A DNA stretch of 64,000 bases, taken from Octopus sinensis (lineage: Eukaryota). The stretch lies in assembly GCF_006345805.1 (NCBI RefSeq), contig NC_042997.1, positions 117,862,001 to 117,926,000 of the forward strand, in the 5' to 3' direction. The position numbers and the translations under genes are program-made. How positions within the stretch are numbered: the first letter of the stretch is position 1; the number at the start of each line of letters is the position of its first letter. Below are positions 12,973 through 28,200 of the stretch, piece by piece. Under the pieces are notes generated by a model, which saw nothing but the letters and a program-made list of their open reading frames with translations, was not told the DNA's origin and did not search any database.

Positions 12973-12975
12973 CAT
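10405..12975 (+). mobile_element. 5'-truncated CR1/L2-group LINE (APE endonuclease remnant plus RT)
   Basis: APE motifs GVVYRPP, GDFNHPEIDW, PTRGDNTLDL, SDH. RT motifs NYRPVSLTS, DFAKAFNSVPH, GVPQGSVLGPLLF, YADD, WNKLP. One -1 frameshift near 11970. Stop at 12891, short 3'UTR with hairpin AGTGC-acctga-GCACT, then an (ATT)n tail. Confidence 0.92.
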
Positions 12976-13406
12976 TATCCACAGACAAACACAAATATAG
13001 ACATATATATGTCGGTACAGTACCCGCATCAGTGGTAGGCTATCAAAGGGAGAGTAAGCTGACTGGGGTGGCACCTTGGGCATGTGATAGCAACTCTTTA
13101 GCCTCTTGTGCCAGGGATAAAGTGAAGATGCTGACCGTAGGACGCTGGATAACCGACAATGCAGAGGATTCCTAGACCAACAGCTTGAAGGTTAATGCAA
13201 CCGAGCAGAAGAGCTGTAGTGGCAGACAACGATTAGACATAAACTAGCAAATAAGCTGCTACTGCATGGCAGCCTTATCATCGGTCATGTTTGTTGCACT
13301 CTCGTAAACCACTTGGTACCTTGTGTGGAGGCCCAGGGAGGCAGTGGAGGGACAACACCAAATCCCTAACTCAATGCCAACATCAGCTTATGACAGACAG
13401 GCGGTG

Positions 13407-13441
<35 letters not shown>

Positions 13442-13544
13442 TGTGACCAACCAGACCATCAGACGTTGTTACACATCGCTGGTCACAAGGCGTTCGCATT
13501 GTTTTAGCCTTCGAATGACACCACCCCACTGGCTAAGCGAGCAG

Positions 13545-15117
<1,573 letters not shown>

Positions 15118-15124
15118 AATATTC

Positions 15125-15333
15125 TGTGGACCCGTGCAGTGTTGAGTGGTACCCGTGTGAGCGGAGACGACCACTCGGAAGGCCTCCATGACGGTGGAGT
15201 TACGATTTCAGGAGAACGATTGGGATCACGTGGATGAGAAAGGTGCAATCCAGAGAGGAATGGGCAGCGTGCTGTGACCAACAGTGTCAAATGGACGCCC
15301 GAAGGACTGGTTGGTCAAGGTGATCAAGGTGAT
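15125..15333 (+). mobile_element. RTE-1-like LINE 3' fragment
   Basis: [44 protein letters not shown], with one frameshift and one stop. Short repeated tail caaggtgatcaaggtgat. Confidence 0.7.
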
Positions 15334-15581
15334 ATATATATATATATTCCTTCTTTCCTGAGCGTCCAATAATACTATGTTTGTTCCACGTCCTTGCGTT
15401 GTTGTGTCTTTTTGTGCTTTCATGTTTGGTTTAACTTTATATATATATATATATTATATATATATATATAAAATAAGAGTAGAAATTAATATGATTAAAT
15501 AATATCAATTTCAACTAGTGGTCAGCATACATAAAAATGTCCGAGGACTGTGAATTTTAGTTAAACATAAACAATGTAAGT

Positions 15582-15768
15582 GATCTCTATATGGATCCCT
15601 TGTATACTAAAAATAGACATCGAACTATCTTACCACTAAATCTGTGCTCTCAACTTTTCATTTGTCTAGCTCGTAAACATCTAGCATCTTACTACGTTGA
15701 GAACACAGATTTAGTGGTAAGACGGTTTGACATCTATTTCTAGCTTACAAGGGATCCATATAGGGATC
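15582..15768. repeat. Foldback hairpin, 73-bp arms with 41-bp spacer
   Basis: 15582-15654 versus the reverse complement of 15696-15768: 63 of 73 identical by manual alignment. Confidence 0.85.
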
Positions 15769-15775
15769 TCTCAAA

Positions 15776-15814
<39 letters not shown>

Positions 15815-16368
15815 TATGTTGGTGCAAACAGGAATAACAGAACTCAAAATATGAGTATATGTATATTCCCACTGATATTTAGCAAAAGTAACAGAGTGAC
15901 ACATGGTTTGAGAGTTTCATGTGTTGGCACTCATCGACCTGTGTCACACATGAAACTTTCGGACCTTGAGTCATTCTGTTACTTCTGCTAAATATTAATA
16001 AAAATATATATATAAATACATGTACATCCACATATATATACACACAAATATACACATAATATATAAACATACATAACCTTGATACTGTGTGGTACTAAGA
16101 TCCCTGTTGATATTTATAGAGTGTCAAACACTTTTGGTATGCAAATTAGGGCCTCCTTCATAGAGTAACTGCTGCATTTATTGAGTATATAAACAGTTTG
16201 GCTGCTTGTTTCTCCAGAGATTGTCAAAATGATGTAGACACCTCTGATGAGATTCTAATAAGGCTTGAAAATTGATTAAATTTGTTCATCATTTTTCTTC
16301 AGTCTATTGGAGGAATGGCTAAAAATTTGCCCTGTTTATAATTATACCATATCATACATAATATATAT

Positions 16369-16401
<33 letters not shown>

Positions 16402-17499
16402 GTACACACACCCACACATATATATATATATACACAAATACATATATATGTATAAATACACATGTGTGAGTGTGTATATAAATATATATATACATGTATA
16501 TACTCACACACAACACATTATCAATACCAGCATTTTACATCTACTTTCGATGCTAGAATGGGTTGGACAATTAAAACTTAAAAATCAAATTTAAATATAA
16601 AAAACATACAAAATTGTAAGCATGCAAAATAGTAAGATCACTTGCATAGGCACAAAGCTTTATAGTGACAGAGCAACGGAAAAGGGGGAGGTTGTGATGT
16701 TGATGCTTTTCCCAATGCATTTCAGAGAGAAACGAAACCTGTTTACAAAACACAGCATAAAATATTATAATTGCAATTATAAGTTGTTAATTTCTTTAAC
16801 TTTGTCACAAAACTAGTTTTTGTAATGAACAAATATAATTGATTGATAGAATAAACCTCAGTATGTTGCAGGTATTTTGCATTTCACATCTCCGCCTGTA
16901 TTGCCTGCCTAAATTTGGATCAGAATAATAGATTAAGTTTGTTGGTCCCAATGATTTGAACTTGGAAAACTGATGGTTACTATTAAGTATTGTATGACAG
17001 TCTAGCCCTCTACTATTTCTGCCTACTCATTGATCTCTGTCTCTCGTCTCCCACCCATGTAGTGTGAATGTGTGTGTGCATGCAAAATCTGCAGCACATT
17101 TGGCCAAGAAAGACAAAGATCAAGGACAGCAAAATAACAACAATTAGCCCTCACCAAACTGTTGTTCTCCAGATAATAATAAATAATCCTTTCTACTATA
17201 GACACAATGACTGAAATTTTAAGGGAGGAGGCAACGTGGTTTCATCGACCCCCCAGCTGCTCGACTGGTATTTACTTTTTACTGACCCTGAAAGGATGAA
17301 AGGCTAAGTCAACCTTGGTGGAAATTGAACTCAGAATATAAAGAAAAATGAAAAGTCACTAAAAAATTTTGCCCGGCATGTCAACAATTCTGCCAGCTTG
17401 ACACTTTACTGATGACGATGACGGTGGTGATGGTGATGACGGTCACTCCTGTCAATTTCAACATTTGAATGTTTGACGGAAGGGATTAGAAATAAAAAA

Positions 17500-18090
17500 G
17501 ATTAAAATGAAGGAACTACATCTATTTGCAATGGCTGCAGGAATGTAATTTGAGTCCAGGAATGGATTTTGCTATGAAATCACAATGGGGACAATGATGG
17601 TTTTCATTTTGCCTGGGATTGGAGAAATGTGTCTGTTGATTGCAGGATAGAATTCTTTTATTGTTCAGTTTCTTCACCTCAAATTGTTTAGATGCATTGT
17701 GACACATTTTATGCCACTCAGATCAATCTAGGCAATAATTTTCCCAGGATTTGAAATTAAGCTGTAAGGATTTTTTTCTGTAATACCTTTATTGTGAAAC
17801 TTTCAAAGAAATTCTTAAACAACATTCCAGTCATAGAAATTAGTAAAAAAGAAAAAAGGAATAAGTGCCAATTGTTCTTGATATGGTTTAAAGCCAAAAA
17901 AGTGAGATGGGTGAGTGATAACTATGACAAACACAACAATATTACATACCGGAGCTGTAAGAATTTTAATGATTGTTTCAACTTATCCTTAGACCTAAGC
18001 TGATTATACCTTATACATTTACTGTGGAATCCCTCTGCTTGTAGGCCATACAAAGGAATTTTTGGAATGCAATCATCTTGCATTTGAACA
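17500..18090 (-). mobile_element. Degenerate RTE-clade 3' fragment split by a ~200-bp AT-rich insert
   Basis: About 18090-17960 reads VQMQDDCIPKIPLYG...RSKDKLKQSLK. About 17750-17520 reads WENYCLD*SEWHKMC...FEVKK...CPHCDFIAKSIPGLKLH, a C-terminal zinc-finger-like motif. Confidence 0.65.
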
Positions 18091-18291
18091 ACTACAACAA
18101 CAACAATGGTTTCAAATTTTGGCACAAGGCCAGCATGTTCAGGAGAGGAGATGAGTTCATTTTCTTAGTCATGAAAGGACGAAAGGCAAAATTGACCTCG
18201 ATGGAATTTGAACCCAGAGCATGAGGATGGAGGAAATGCTGCTAAGCATTTTGCCCTGTGGGCTAATGATCCAGCTAGCTCACTGGCTTTG

Positions 18292-18338
<47 letters not shown>

Positions 18339-18576
18339 TGTCACTACTAATAATAGTAATAATAATCCTTTCTATTATAGGCACAAGGCATGAAATTTGG
18401 GGAGGGGACAAGTCAACTATATTGACCCCAGTGTTTCACTGGTACTTAATTTATCGACCCCAAAAGGATGAAAGGCAAAGATGACCTCGGCAGAATTTGA
18501 ACTGAGAATGTAGCGATGGGCGAAATACTGCTAAGCATTCTGTCCAGTGTGCTAACGATTCTGCCAGCTTGTCGCC

Positions 18577-18626
<50 letters not shown>

Positions 18627-18848
18627 GATTTCTTACATTGGCATAAGGATATAAATTTTAGAGAAATGAATGGCAGAATACATACATCCCAGTAATTGAC
18701 TGGCACTATATTTTATTTTTATCCAACCCAGAATGATGAAAAAAATTTTGACCTTGGTGCAATTTGAACTCAGAACACAGAGAGTCAAAACTAAGTTCCA
18801 TCAAATCTGCTAAACCAGCAAAAGAAACCTGTTATGTGTGTGTGTGTG

Positions 18849-18882
<34 letters not shown>

Positions 18883-20111
18883 ATGTCTGTCTGTGTGTCT
18901 TTGAGTCTATTCATCCCTCACTACTGCTTGACAACCAGTGTTAGTGTGTACATATCCTGGTAACATAGCAGTCTGGCAAAAGAGACTGATAGAATAAATA
19001 CCAGGCTTAAAAATTAAGAAAAAATTATTAAGCATTGCGGTCAATTCATTCAACTAAAATTCTTCACAGTAGTGTCCCAGCATAGCCATAGTTTAATGGC
19101 TGAAACAAAAGATAACAGTTAAAGGCTGTATATTTCATCAGAAATAATGGAAACAAAAAGGTTAACGCCTACAGCCTACCCTGAGTATTTCTACTAGTGG
19201 CATGAAGTCATGAATGGAAAAGCTTCCTCTACACAAGCATATAGAGTTGCATGTATTCATTCACTTGTTTCAGTCATTTGACTGCGGCCATGCTGGAGCA
19301 CTGCCTTTAGTCGAACAAATCAACCAGCGGACTCATTCTTTGTAAGCCTAGTACTTATTCTGTCAGTCTCTTTTGCCGAACTACTAAGTTACAGGGATGT
19401 AAACACACCAACATCAGTTGTCAAGCGATTGTGGTGGGGACAAGTACAAACACACACAAACATACAAATTCATATATGGCAAGCCTCTTTCAGCTTCTTA
19501 TTTCTTTACTGCCCACAGGGGGCTAAACATAGAGGAGAAAAACAAGGACAAAGAGATTAAGTTGATTACATCGACCCCAGTGTGTAACTGGTATTTATTT
19601 AATCAAACCCGAAAGGATGAAAGTTAAATTTGACCTCGGCAGAATTTGAACTCAGAATGTAATGGCAGACGAAATAGTGCTAAGCATTTCACCTGGCGTG
19701 CTAACGTTTCAGCCAGCTTGCCGCCTTTTCTGTCTACAAAATCCACTCACGAGGCTTTGGTCAGCCCGAGGCTACAGTAGAAGACACTTGCCCAAGGTGC
19801 CACACAGTAGGACTGAACCCGGAACCATGTGGTTGGGAAGCAACCTTCTTACACCTATGTTTGTGTAAAGTCTTCACCAACAGCTACTGTTGAGATAACT
19901 ATGCAATGGCTTGGAGTAATTGTTAGTCGTTACATTTGTATATTAATGAGGCAGTAATTTGATTTCATAGTAAGCTGACTAAACTATTACTAATATTAAC
20001 CTCCACCCACTATTTTATATTCTCTGATTTTTCAATGGTTCCGACATTTAAATAATGTTTACACTAACTTAACTAACCAGAGTAGTTCATCCTGTTATAT
20101 AGCTACATCTC

Positions 20112-20390
20112 TATCTGGTTTACTTTGTGTCTATTTATACTAAAATTATTACATCTAAAGAATGCCTTTGAATGTTCTTGGAGCATTGGAGGCATTTATG
20201 TGAATATGGTAAAAAAAAAAAAAGGGATGGGGGGCAGTTTTATCATATTCACATAAGTATCTGGTTTACTTTGTGTCTATTTATACCAAAATTATTAGAT
20301 CTAAGGAATGCCTTTGAATTATCTTGGAGCATTGGAGGCATTTATGTGAATATGGTATAAAAAAAAAGTGATAGGGCGGAGCAGTCCAGT
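20112..20390 (+). repeat. Local 146-bp tandem duplication
   Basis: tatctggtttactttgtgtctattt... starts at 20112 and at 20258. Confidence 0.85.
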
Positions 20391-22822
20391 TATCATCATC
20401 TTCATCATTTTGTCATCCACATTTCCATGCTTGCATGGGTCAGACTGAATTTATTGAGGCCGATTTTCTGAAGTAGGATCCTATTCATGTCGTCATCCCT
20501 CACCTGTCCCCAAATAAGGTAATAATCCACTTTGTCCATCTAATAACAAACGGCCCAAACATAGTTATAGGTGTCTTCTTCTATTTACGAAGATTTCTCA
20601 ACATGTTAAGATATGTCCAGGAGCTCAGGCATGTTTTCGTGGTTGACTTCGAGCTTGACACTACATACATATGATTGCGAGGATGTTGCTTTGTTTACAG
20701 TCACTGAACACATGGAAGTCAAGAAGTACAAAATCACTCACACAAACATAAACACATTACACATACTCTTTTACTTGTTTCAGTCATTTGACTGTGGCCA
20801 TGCTGGAGCATCGCCTTTAGTCGAGAAAATCGACCCCAGGATTTATTCTTTGTAAGCCTAGTTCTTATTCTATTGGTCTCTTTAGCTGAACCACTAAGTT
20901 ACAGGGATGTAAACAGACCAGCATCAGTTGTCAAGCGATGTTGGGGGGACAAACACAAACACACACATATATATATACATATATACAGCGGGCTTCTTTC
21001 AGTTTCCGTCTATCAAATCCACTCACAAGGCTTTGGTCGGCCTGAGGCTATAGTAGAAAATGCCCAAGGTGCCACACAGTGGGACTGAACCCGGAACCAT
21101 GTGGTTGGTAAGCAAGCTACTTACCACACAGCCACTCATATAAATGACAATTACACATGTATATAAATGACAGGCTTCTTCAGTTTATGTCCAGCCATTT
21201 TACTCACAGGATATTGGTTGATCCTCAGCTGTGATATAGATTAGGGGTTCTCAACCATTATTTGTATCCAATGGACCTTTCTGATTATCATTTTATTCTG
21301 GTGGACTCCCATAGCCATTCGATGTTTAACAACTAGTTTTATAGAAACTTCTTTCAACATTCCTATTTTGCTTATCACATTCACTTCTACAGGTTTGCAA
21401 CAACACTCTCTGAGAGAACGTGTTTTGGTGGCTGGAAACATGTTAAACTATTCTTTTATTTGTTTCAGTCATTTGACTGCTGTCATGCTGGAGCACCGCC
21501 TTTAGTCAAACAAATCGACTCCAGGACTTATTCTCTGTAAGCCTACTACTTATTCTATCGGTCTCTTTAGCTGAACTGCTAAGTTATGGGGACATAAACA
21601 CACCAACATCAGTTGTCAAGTGATAGTGGGGGGGACAAACACAGACACACAAACATATACATCATCATCATCATCATCGTTTAACGTCCATTTTTCATGC
21701 TGGCATGGGTTGGACGGTTCGACTGAGGTCTGGGAAGCCAGAAGGCTGCGTCAGATTCCAGTCTGATCTGGCAGTGTTTCTACAGCTGGATGCCCTTCCT
21801 AATGCCAACCACTCCATGAGTGTAGTGTGTGTTTTTTACGTGTCAGCGGCACAGGGGCCAGGGGAGGCTGGCAAACGGCCACGATTGTGTATATACAATG
21901 AGCTTCTTTCAGTTTCTGTCCACCAAATCCACTCACGAGGCTTTGGTCGGCTCGAGGCTATAGTAGAAGACACTTGCCCAAGGTGCCATGTAGAGGGACT
22001 GAACCCGGAACCATGTGGTTGTTAAGCAAGCTACTTACCACACAGCCATGCCTGCACCTATAGATCAGATCAGTGGTTGTAAAGCATTAGAGAAAGAAGC
22101 TGTTTCTTGCAATAAATATATTTAAAACAAAACTATTTTCATGGATGCTTAAAAATACTAAGGTGGATCCCTAGTTTATTATTTCTTTTGTGTGGATCCC
22201 TCCAAATCTTATAGGGACCACCTGGGTTCATATGAACCTTGGTTGAGAATCACTTTTTTTTCTTTTCTTTTATTTGTTTCAGTCATTTGACTGCGGCCAT
22301 GCTGGAGTACCGCCTTTAGTTGAGCAAATTGACCCCAGGCCTTATTCTTTGTAAGCTTAGTACTCATTCTATCGGTCTCTCTTGCCGAACCGCTAAGTGA
22401 CGGGGACGTAAACACACCAGCATCGGTTGTCAAGCAATGTTGTGGGGACAAACACAGACACACAAACATATACACACACACACATATATATATATATATA
22501 GACATATGATGGGCTTCTTTCAGTTTCCATCTACCAAATCCACTTACAAGGCTTTGGTCATCCCGAAGCTATAGTAGAAGACACCTGCCCAAGGTGCCAC
22601 GCAGTGGGACTGAACCTGGAACCATGTGGTTGGTAAGCAAGCTACTTACCACACAGCCACTCTTGCAGACAACATTCACAGTTAGAATCAAACCCTAACC
22701 ACATGATGCCAAAGCGAACTTCTTAACTACACAGCCATGCTGAATGTCAATAATAAAGTGTTGCCATTTAATTCATTTGAATAACTTCATCTATTTGAAG
22801 ATGCTTCCTTTACTTTCATAAC

Positions 22823-23161
22823 CAGTGGTGGACTGGTCAGGTTGCCAGCTTTCCCAATGGCAGGGGGTCCGTCCCCTCAAGTTTGAGAATTTTTCATTCA
22901 CTCCTGGAAGAATGCATTAATTATTTCAGCATGGCTGTGTTTGTAGACAGTTGAAAAGAATAGTTTTAACAAAAATGGGGAAAAAAAAAATTAAATAACA
23001 GGCGCAGGAGTGGCTGTGTGGTAAGTAGCTTGAATACCAACCACATGGTTCTGGGTTCAGTCCCAATGTGTGGCACCCTGGGCAAGTGTCTTCTACTATA
23101 GCTTTGGGCCGACCAAAGCCTTGTGAGTGGATTTGGTAGATAGAAACTGAAAGAAGCCCGT

Positions 23162-23220
<59 letters not shown>

Positions 23221-23516
23221 GTGTGTATATGTTTGTGTGTCTGTGTTTGTCCTCCCAACATCGCTTGACAACTTATGCTGGTGTGTTTACGTCCCCATAA
23301 CTTAGCGGTTTGGCAAAAGACACCGATAGAATAAGTACTAGGCTTACAAAGAATAAGTCCTGGGGTCGATTTGCTCGACTAAAGGCGGTGCTCTAGCATG
23401 GCCGCAGTCAAATGACTGAAACAAGTAAAAGAGAGAGTAATAGCATTGTAGTGGCAGGTAGGGCCACCCACCCTAGTCTCCTGGCAACTAATATTTTTAA
23501 ACCCAGTCCACCACTG
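22823..23516. mobile_element. Putative hAT-like MITE with a nested SINE
   Basis: Perfect 14-bp inverted termini CAGTGGTGGACTGG / CCAGTCCACCACTG. A SINE occupies about 22999-23435. No clean TSD. Confidence 0.5.
22999..23435 (+). mobile_element. tRNA-derived SINE family A (representative full copy)
   Basis: Head ggcgcaggagtggctgtgtggtaag...ggttcagtccc, central (TA)n/(TG)n, tail ...ccagcatggccgcagtcaaatgactgaaacaagtaaaaga. Further copies at about 3860-4250, 19260-19850 (interrupted by family B), 20765-21140, 22265-22665, 46850-47243, 48220-48625, 58845-59030 and 60325-60715. Confidence 0.85.
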
Positions 23517-24299
23517 CCTATATGTATGGCATTTAACTGGGGGTGGTTTTCTAGCATTAATCAACTGGGAGATAAATCTCCTGGGGCAAATTTATAGCAC
23601 ATAAATTTCTCAATAATTTCTGGCACATATTCATAACATCTAAATCAACTGGGATATGTAGAATAAAGTGTCCTACTGAATGACTTAATAAAATGCCCCA
23701 GAGTGGATTTGAATTCGAAGCCCCGAGAGGTTTCATTAATGTATCTATTTGTTAGTTGATGATGTACCACATCAGATGAATAATGAATTTTAAGTGGATT
23801 GATTCATTAATCTTCTTCATTTTCAGAAAGTACATACATGCATTTCGCTTTAAAAGGCAATACAACTATGTTTACATACACAGATAGAGTTAAATTGATA
23901 GATAAATAATTAATGAAGACAGAGAAAAGCAAATATACACACACATATATTTAATGAAATAATCACATAAAACATGTATGAAAATATACAGTCGTTGTGT
24001 ATTCCCATTTAGCTCAGGTCAGATTTTAAAAAAAAATCAATGTTGAGGTTTTCCCAGTAAATTTGTTGAAAGGTGGATGAGAATGGCAAGCATGGATTGA
24101 GTGAATGAGGCTTCTCTGAGCATGTGCCTGTACATTGAAGAACAAATGAAAGGGAGCACTTGACTAAGTGATCAGGGTAAATATGGTTTTGTGGGGTTTC
24201 CACAAATAGCCCTCATCGGGTTCCTTGCTTCAGTAGCATTATTCTTTGTTTGAATTTTTTTTTTGTTTGTTATTCTCCTTTCCACATGCTTTTTATATA

Positions 24300-24718
24300 A
24301 CCTATTTCTTTACTACCCAAAGGGGCTAAACACAGAGAGGACAAACAAAGACAGACAAATGGATTAAGTTGATTATATCGACCCCAGTGCATAACTAGTA
24401 CTTATTTAATCGACCCCGAAAGGATGAAAGGCAAAGTCGACCTCGGCAGAATTTGAACTCAGAACGTAGCAGCAGACGAAAAACCTATTTCTTTATTACC
24501 CACAAGGGGCTAAACATAGAGGGGACAAACAAGGACAGACACAGGTATTAAGTCGATTACATCGACTCCAGTGCGTAACTGGTACTTAATTTATTGACCC
24601 CGAAAAGATGAAAGGCAAAGTTGACCTCGGCGGAATTTGAACTCACAACATAACGACAAACGAAATACGGCTATGCATTTTGCCCGGCATGCTAACGTTT
24701 CTGCCAGCTCGCTGCCTT
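24300..24718 (-). mobile_element. SINE family B, dimeric form
   Basis: Internal tandem repeat with period 183 (cctatttcttta at 24301 and 24484). The same dimer junction recurs at about 1505-1932, 39255-39620 and 48956-49320. Confidence 0.8.
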
Positions 24719-24724
24719 ATATAA

Positions 24725-25200
24725 CCCCACACTTTATTGTCCAGAACTCGTCTGAAAAGTTTGAAGATAGGCACTTTCCTTTCTGGCCAGGCTTTCATCA
24801 ATTTCTTCAAATATCATTTAAAGAGGAAGGTGATGGCAGTGAAGGAGATGCTACTTACTAGTATGTTTATCAAAAGGTGGACAGGAGTGGCAAGACTGGA
24901 GAGGCTGAACAGCTCTACTGAGTATGCTTTTCTAAGTTGGAGGAAATAAACTGGAAGATGGCACTTTCCATGCCTTGGGGATGGCAAAGTAAACCTGGAC
25001 CTTTTGTGTGGGAGTGACCCCAAATTACCCTAAGTGGACTATCCTGCTTTTGAGGATTTTATTTATTTATTTACTTTTCTAATTTCTTTTTATATATTCT
25101 TTAAGGTTGTAGTGTCTCCCCTTTATCGATACTGTATCCTGTTCTTTGATATTGTCCTCCGTATCTTGGTCCTATGTGGCCAACAAAAGAAATTATTATC
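24725..25200 (+). mobile_element. Probable L1/Tx1-clade LINE 3' end
   Basis: RTRLKSLKIGTFLSGQAFINFFKYHLKRKV...KRWTGVARL resembles Tx1-type C-termini as I recall them. T-rich 3'UTR ending ...tgtggccaacaaaagaaatt, then (ATT)n. Confidence 0.45.
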
Positions 25201-28200
25201 ATTATTATTATTATTATTATTATAAGCAGTATTTTGGCATAATACTTAGCGGCATTCCATCCATCGTTATATTCTGATTTCAAATTCTGCCGAGGTTGAC
25301 TTTGCCTTTCATCCTTTCAGGGTTGATAAAATAAGTACCAGTTAAACACTGGGGTCAATGTGATCGACTTATCCCCTCCCCAGAAATTGCTGGCCTTGCG
25401 CCAAAATGTGAAATCAACATTATTCTTATTATTAAGGTGGCAAACTGGCAGAATTATTTGTGCACTGGAAAAATTCTTGGCATTTTCTCACAGTTCTTTA
25501 CATGTTGGGTTCAAATATCTTGAGTTTGACTTAATCCTTCATCTGTTCAGGGTTGATGAAATACAGTACTTATCAAGTACTGGGACCGATGAAATATAGC
25601 ACCCATCAAATATTGGGGTTAATACAACTGATTTTCCCCTCCCCTCAAATAGCTAGTATTGTGCCAAGATCAGAAAGAATTATTTCTATCATTATTAAGG
25701 CAGTGAACTGACAAAATTATTAGCACATTGGACAAAATGCTCAGCAGTGTTTCTTCCAGCTCTTTACATTCTGTGTTCAAATCCTTCCAATGCAAGTAAA
25801 ATAAACTACCAGTCAAGGACTGAGGTTGATGTAATTGACTAGCCTTATGCCATGTTTTAAAACCATTATTATTATTCCTATTATCATTATCATTACTATC
25901 ATTATTATTATTATTACTATTATCACTCATGGAATGGTTGGCGTTAGGAAGGGCATCCAGCTGTAGAAACACTGCCAGATCAGACTGGAGCCTGGTGCAG
26001 CCTCCTGGCTTCCCAGACCCCGGTCGAACCGTCCAACCCATGCCAGCATGGAAAACGGACGTTAAACGATGATGATGATTACTATCATTATTATTATCAT
26101 TATCATTACTATCATTATTATTATTATTACTATTATCATTATCATTACTATTATTATTATTACTATTATCACTCACGGAACGGTTGGCATTAGGAAGGGC
26201 ATCCAGCTGTAAAAACACTGCCAGATCAGACTGGAGTCTGGTGCAGCCTCCTGGCTTCCCAGACCCTGGTCGAACCATCCAACCCATGTTAGCATGGAAA
26301 ACGGACGTTAAACGATGATGATGATGATTACTATCATTATTATTATTATTATTATTATATTATTACTATTATTAAGGCAGTGAGCTGGCAGAATAGTTTG
26401 CATGCTAGGTAAAATGCTTCATGGCATTTTACCCATCTCTATGTTCCAAGTTCAAATTCTGCCAGAGTTGACTTTGTCTTTTGTCCTTTCAGGGTCAATA
26501 AAACAAGCACCAGCCAAGCACTGGGGTTGAGGCCTTGTACCTATAGCAGAAAGAATTATGTCCATTTTAAAAAATGCCCAGTCACTGAAGTGACTACATC
26601 AAATTTCAAGGCCAGGTCATGGACTGATTGATCATGGAAAAATACAAATTTCACTGAGTTGATTCAAAATTCCACCTTTCAGGTTCAATGAATGTAGTAC
26701 CAGTTTAGTACTGGGGTCAATATACTTGATTGGTCCCCACCCAGGAAATTTCAGACATTGTGCCTTTAGTAGAAAGGATTATTATTATTATAGATTATTG
26801 TTATTAAGGAATATAATGAAAAGGATTATTATTATTAAAGTGAGGTAGAGGATAACAAGTGTGAGACATCTAAGAACATATCTTTTAAATTACAAAAAGT
26901 CGTTCAACCATGATATATACATGTATGAATTTTGGATATATTTTAAATATATTTGTACTAATTCCTCCACACAAAAATCAAGTACATTTTGTTTTTGGAC
27001 TACAAAAATATATATTTATATTAATTATGGATACATTCCAGTTTCTAACTATATCTGTTCTAATTCCTCTATGCAAAAATCTGGTAGATTCTGGAATCAC
27101 ACGCAAGCATGTATCTGACTCATACACTGTTCACTTTCCAGACATTTGTACATTACTGCATATTCTTTATACACACTTTTGACAAGTTGTGGTGCACCTG
27201 AGCACTGTATACAATAATTTCATTATTATTATATTATTATTATCATCTTTAGTTACACTCTACAGCAGGCATGGGCAACTTTTTCGAGAAGCGGGCTGCA
27301 TGGGACATGGTTCATCAAGTGAACCACATGACTAAAAAAAAATTCATGGTAATTTTTATTAAGTGTGTCATTCAGAAAGGCCCAGAGGCCACAATTTTCC
27401 CATGAATGTTTTATATTAAAAGTAATCTAAATTTCAATAATACTGAGTAGCCAGAGTTTGGCGATATCAATTAACCCTTTAGTATTCAGATTATTCTACC
27501 AAATGTGATGCTTGTTTATTCACATTGCATTGAATTAATCATGCATTATCTCATAGCTGTGAGATTTCTGTGATAGGACTCTTTACTTTGGTAATAATAT
27601 TGTTGGGATAGGGTAAGAGGCTGGATCTGACTGGTTTTGAACAAAAAGGAGGTAAAATATTTAGGCCGGATATGGCCGGGTTAAAACATTATTTCACAGA
27701 CTACACGATCGTTATCTAATGGTTTGTGATATTCAGTTGGCATATAATTCTAATGATGTGCATATAGGAAAATCTTCAAGGCTAGCCATACATGCCATAC
27801 CCAAAAACTGATTGACTGAAACATACATGGAAAATTTGCATCATGATAAACTTGGCAGTGGAAGCAAATTGTGTTGACAAATTAATTTCAAATAATTAAG
27901 TGAAATTTAAAATTAAAAAAAAAAACCCAAAGAATTTGTGGCAGTGATCAGATTAAAATGTTTTGCATAAACACAGAATTACTAAAAGGTAACTTATTTT
28001 TCAATTTACAAAATACTCTTAAAATTTGCATTGAAACTTCAATCTGTTAGAATAGAGATGGTGGTGGTAGTGGCAGTGACGGTGGTTGTGGTGATTAACA
28101 GTGATGGTGTTTACATTTAAATTTATTAATGGCTGAGGGGTTAAAAAGTTTACTATGAAACACATGGCCAGAAGTTCACTTCCACTACCTGGATGCTGTC

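Noticed and set aside
16235-16290. CTGATGA...GAAA hammerhead-like spacing
   Set aside because: Stem II is mismatched and there is no stem I complementarity around a cleavage triplet. At best a decayed relic.
22999-23080. tRNA genes at A/B-box-like sequences (also 40290, 44641, 53340)
   Set aside because: These are SINE heads: no complete cloverleaf, and each continues into a SINE body.
25670-26287. 205-aa ORF with an internal repeat
   Set aside because: A tandem duplication of a family C SINE fragment plus ATT/ATC microsatellite. The same peptide appears wherever this SINE occurs.
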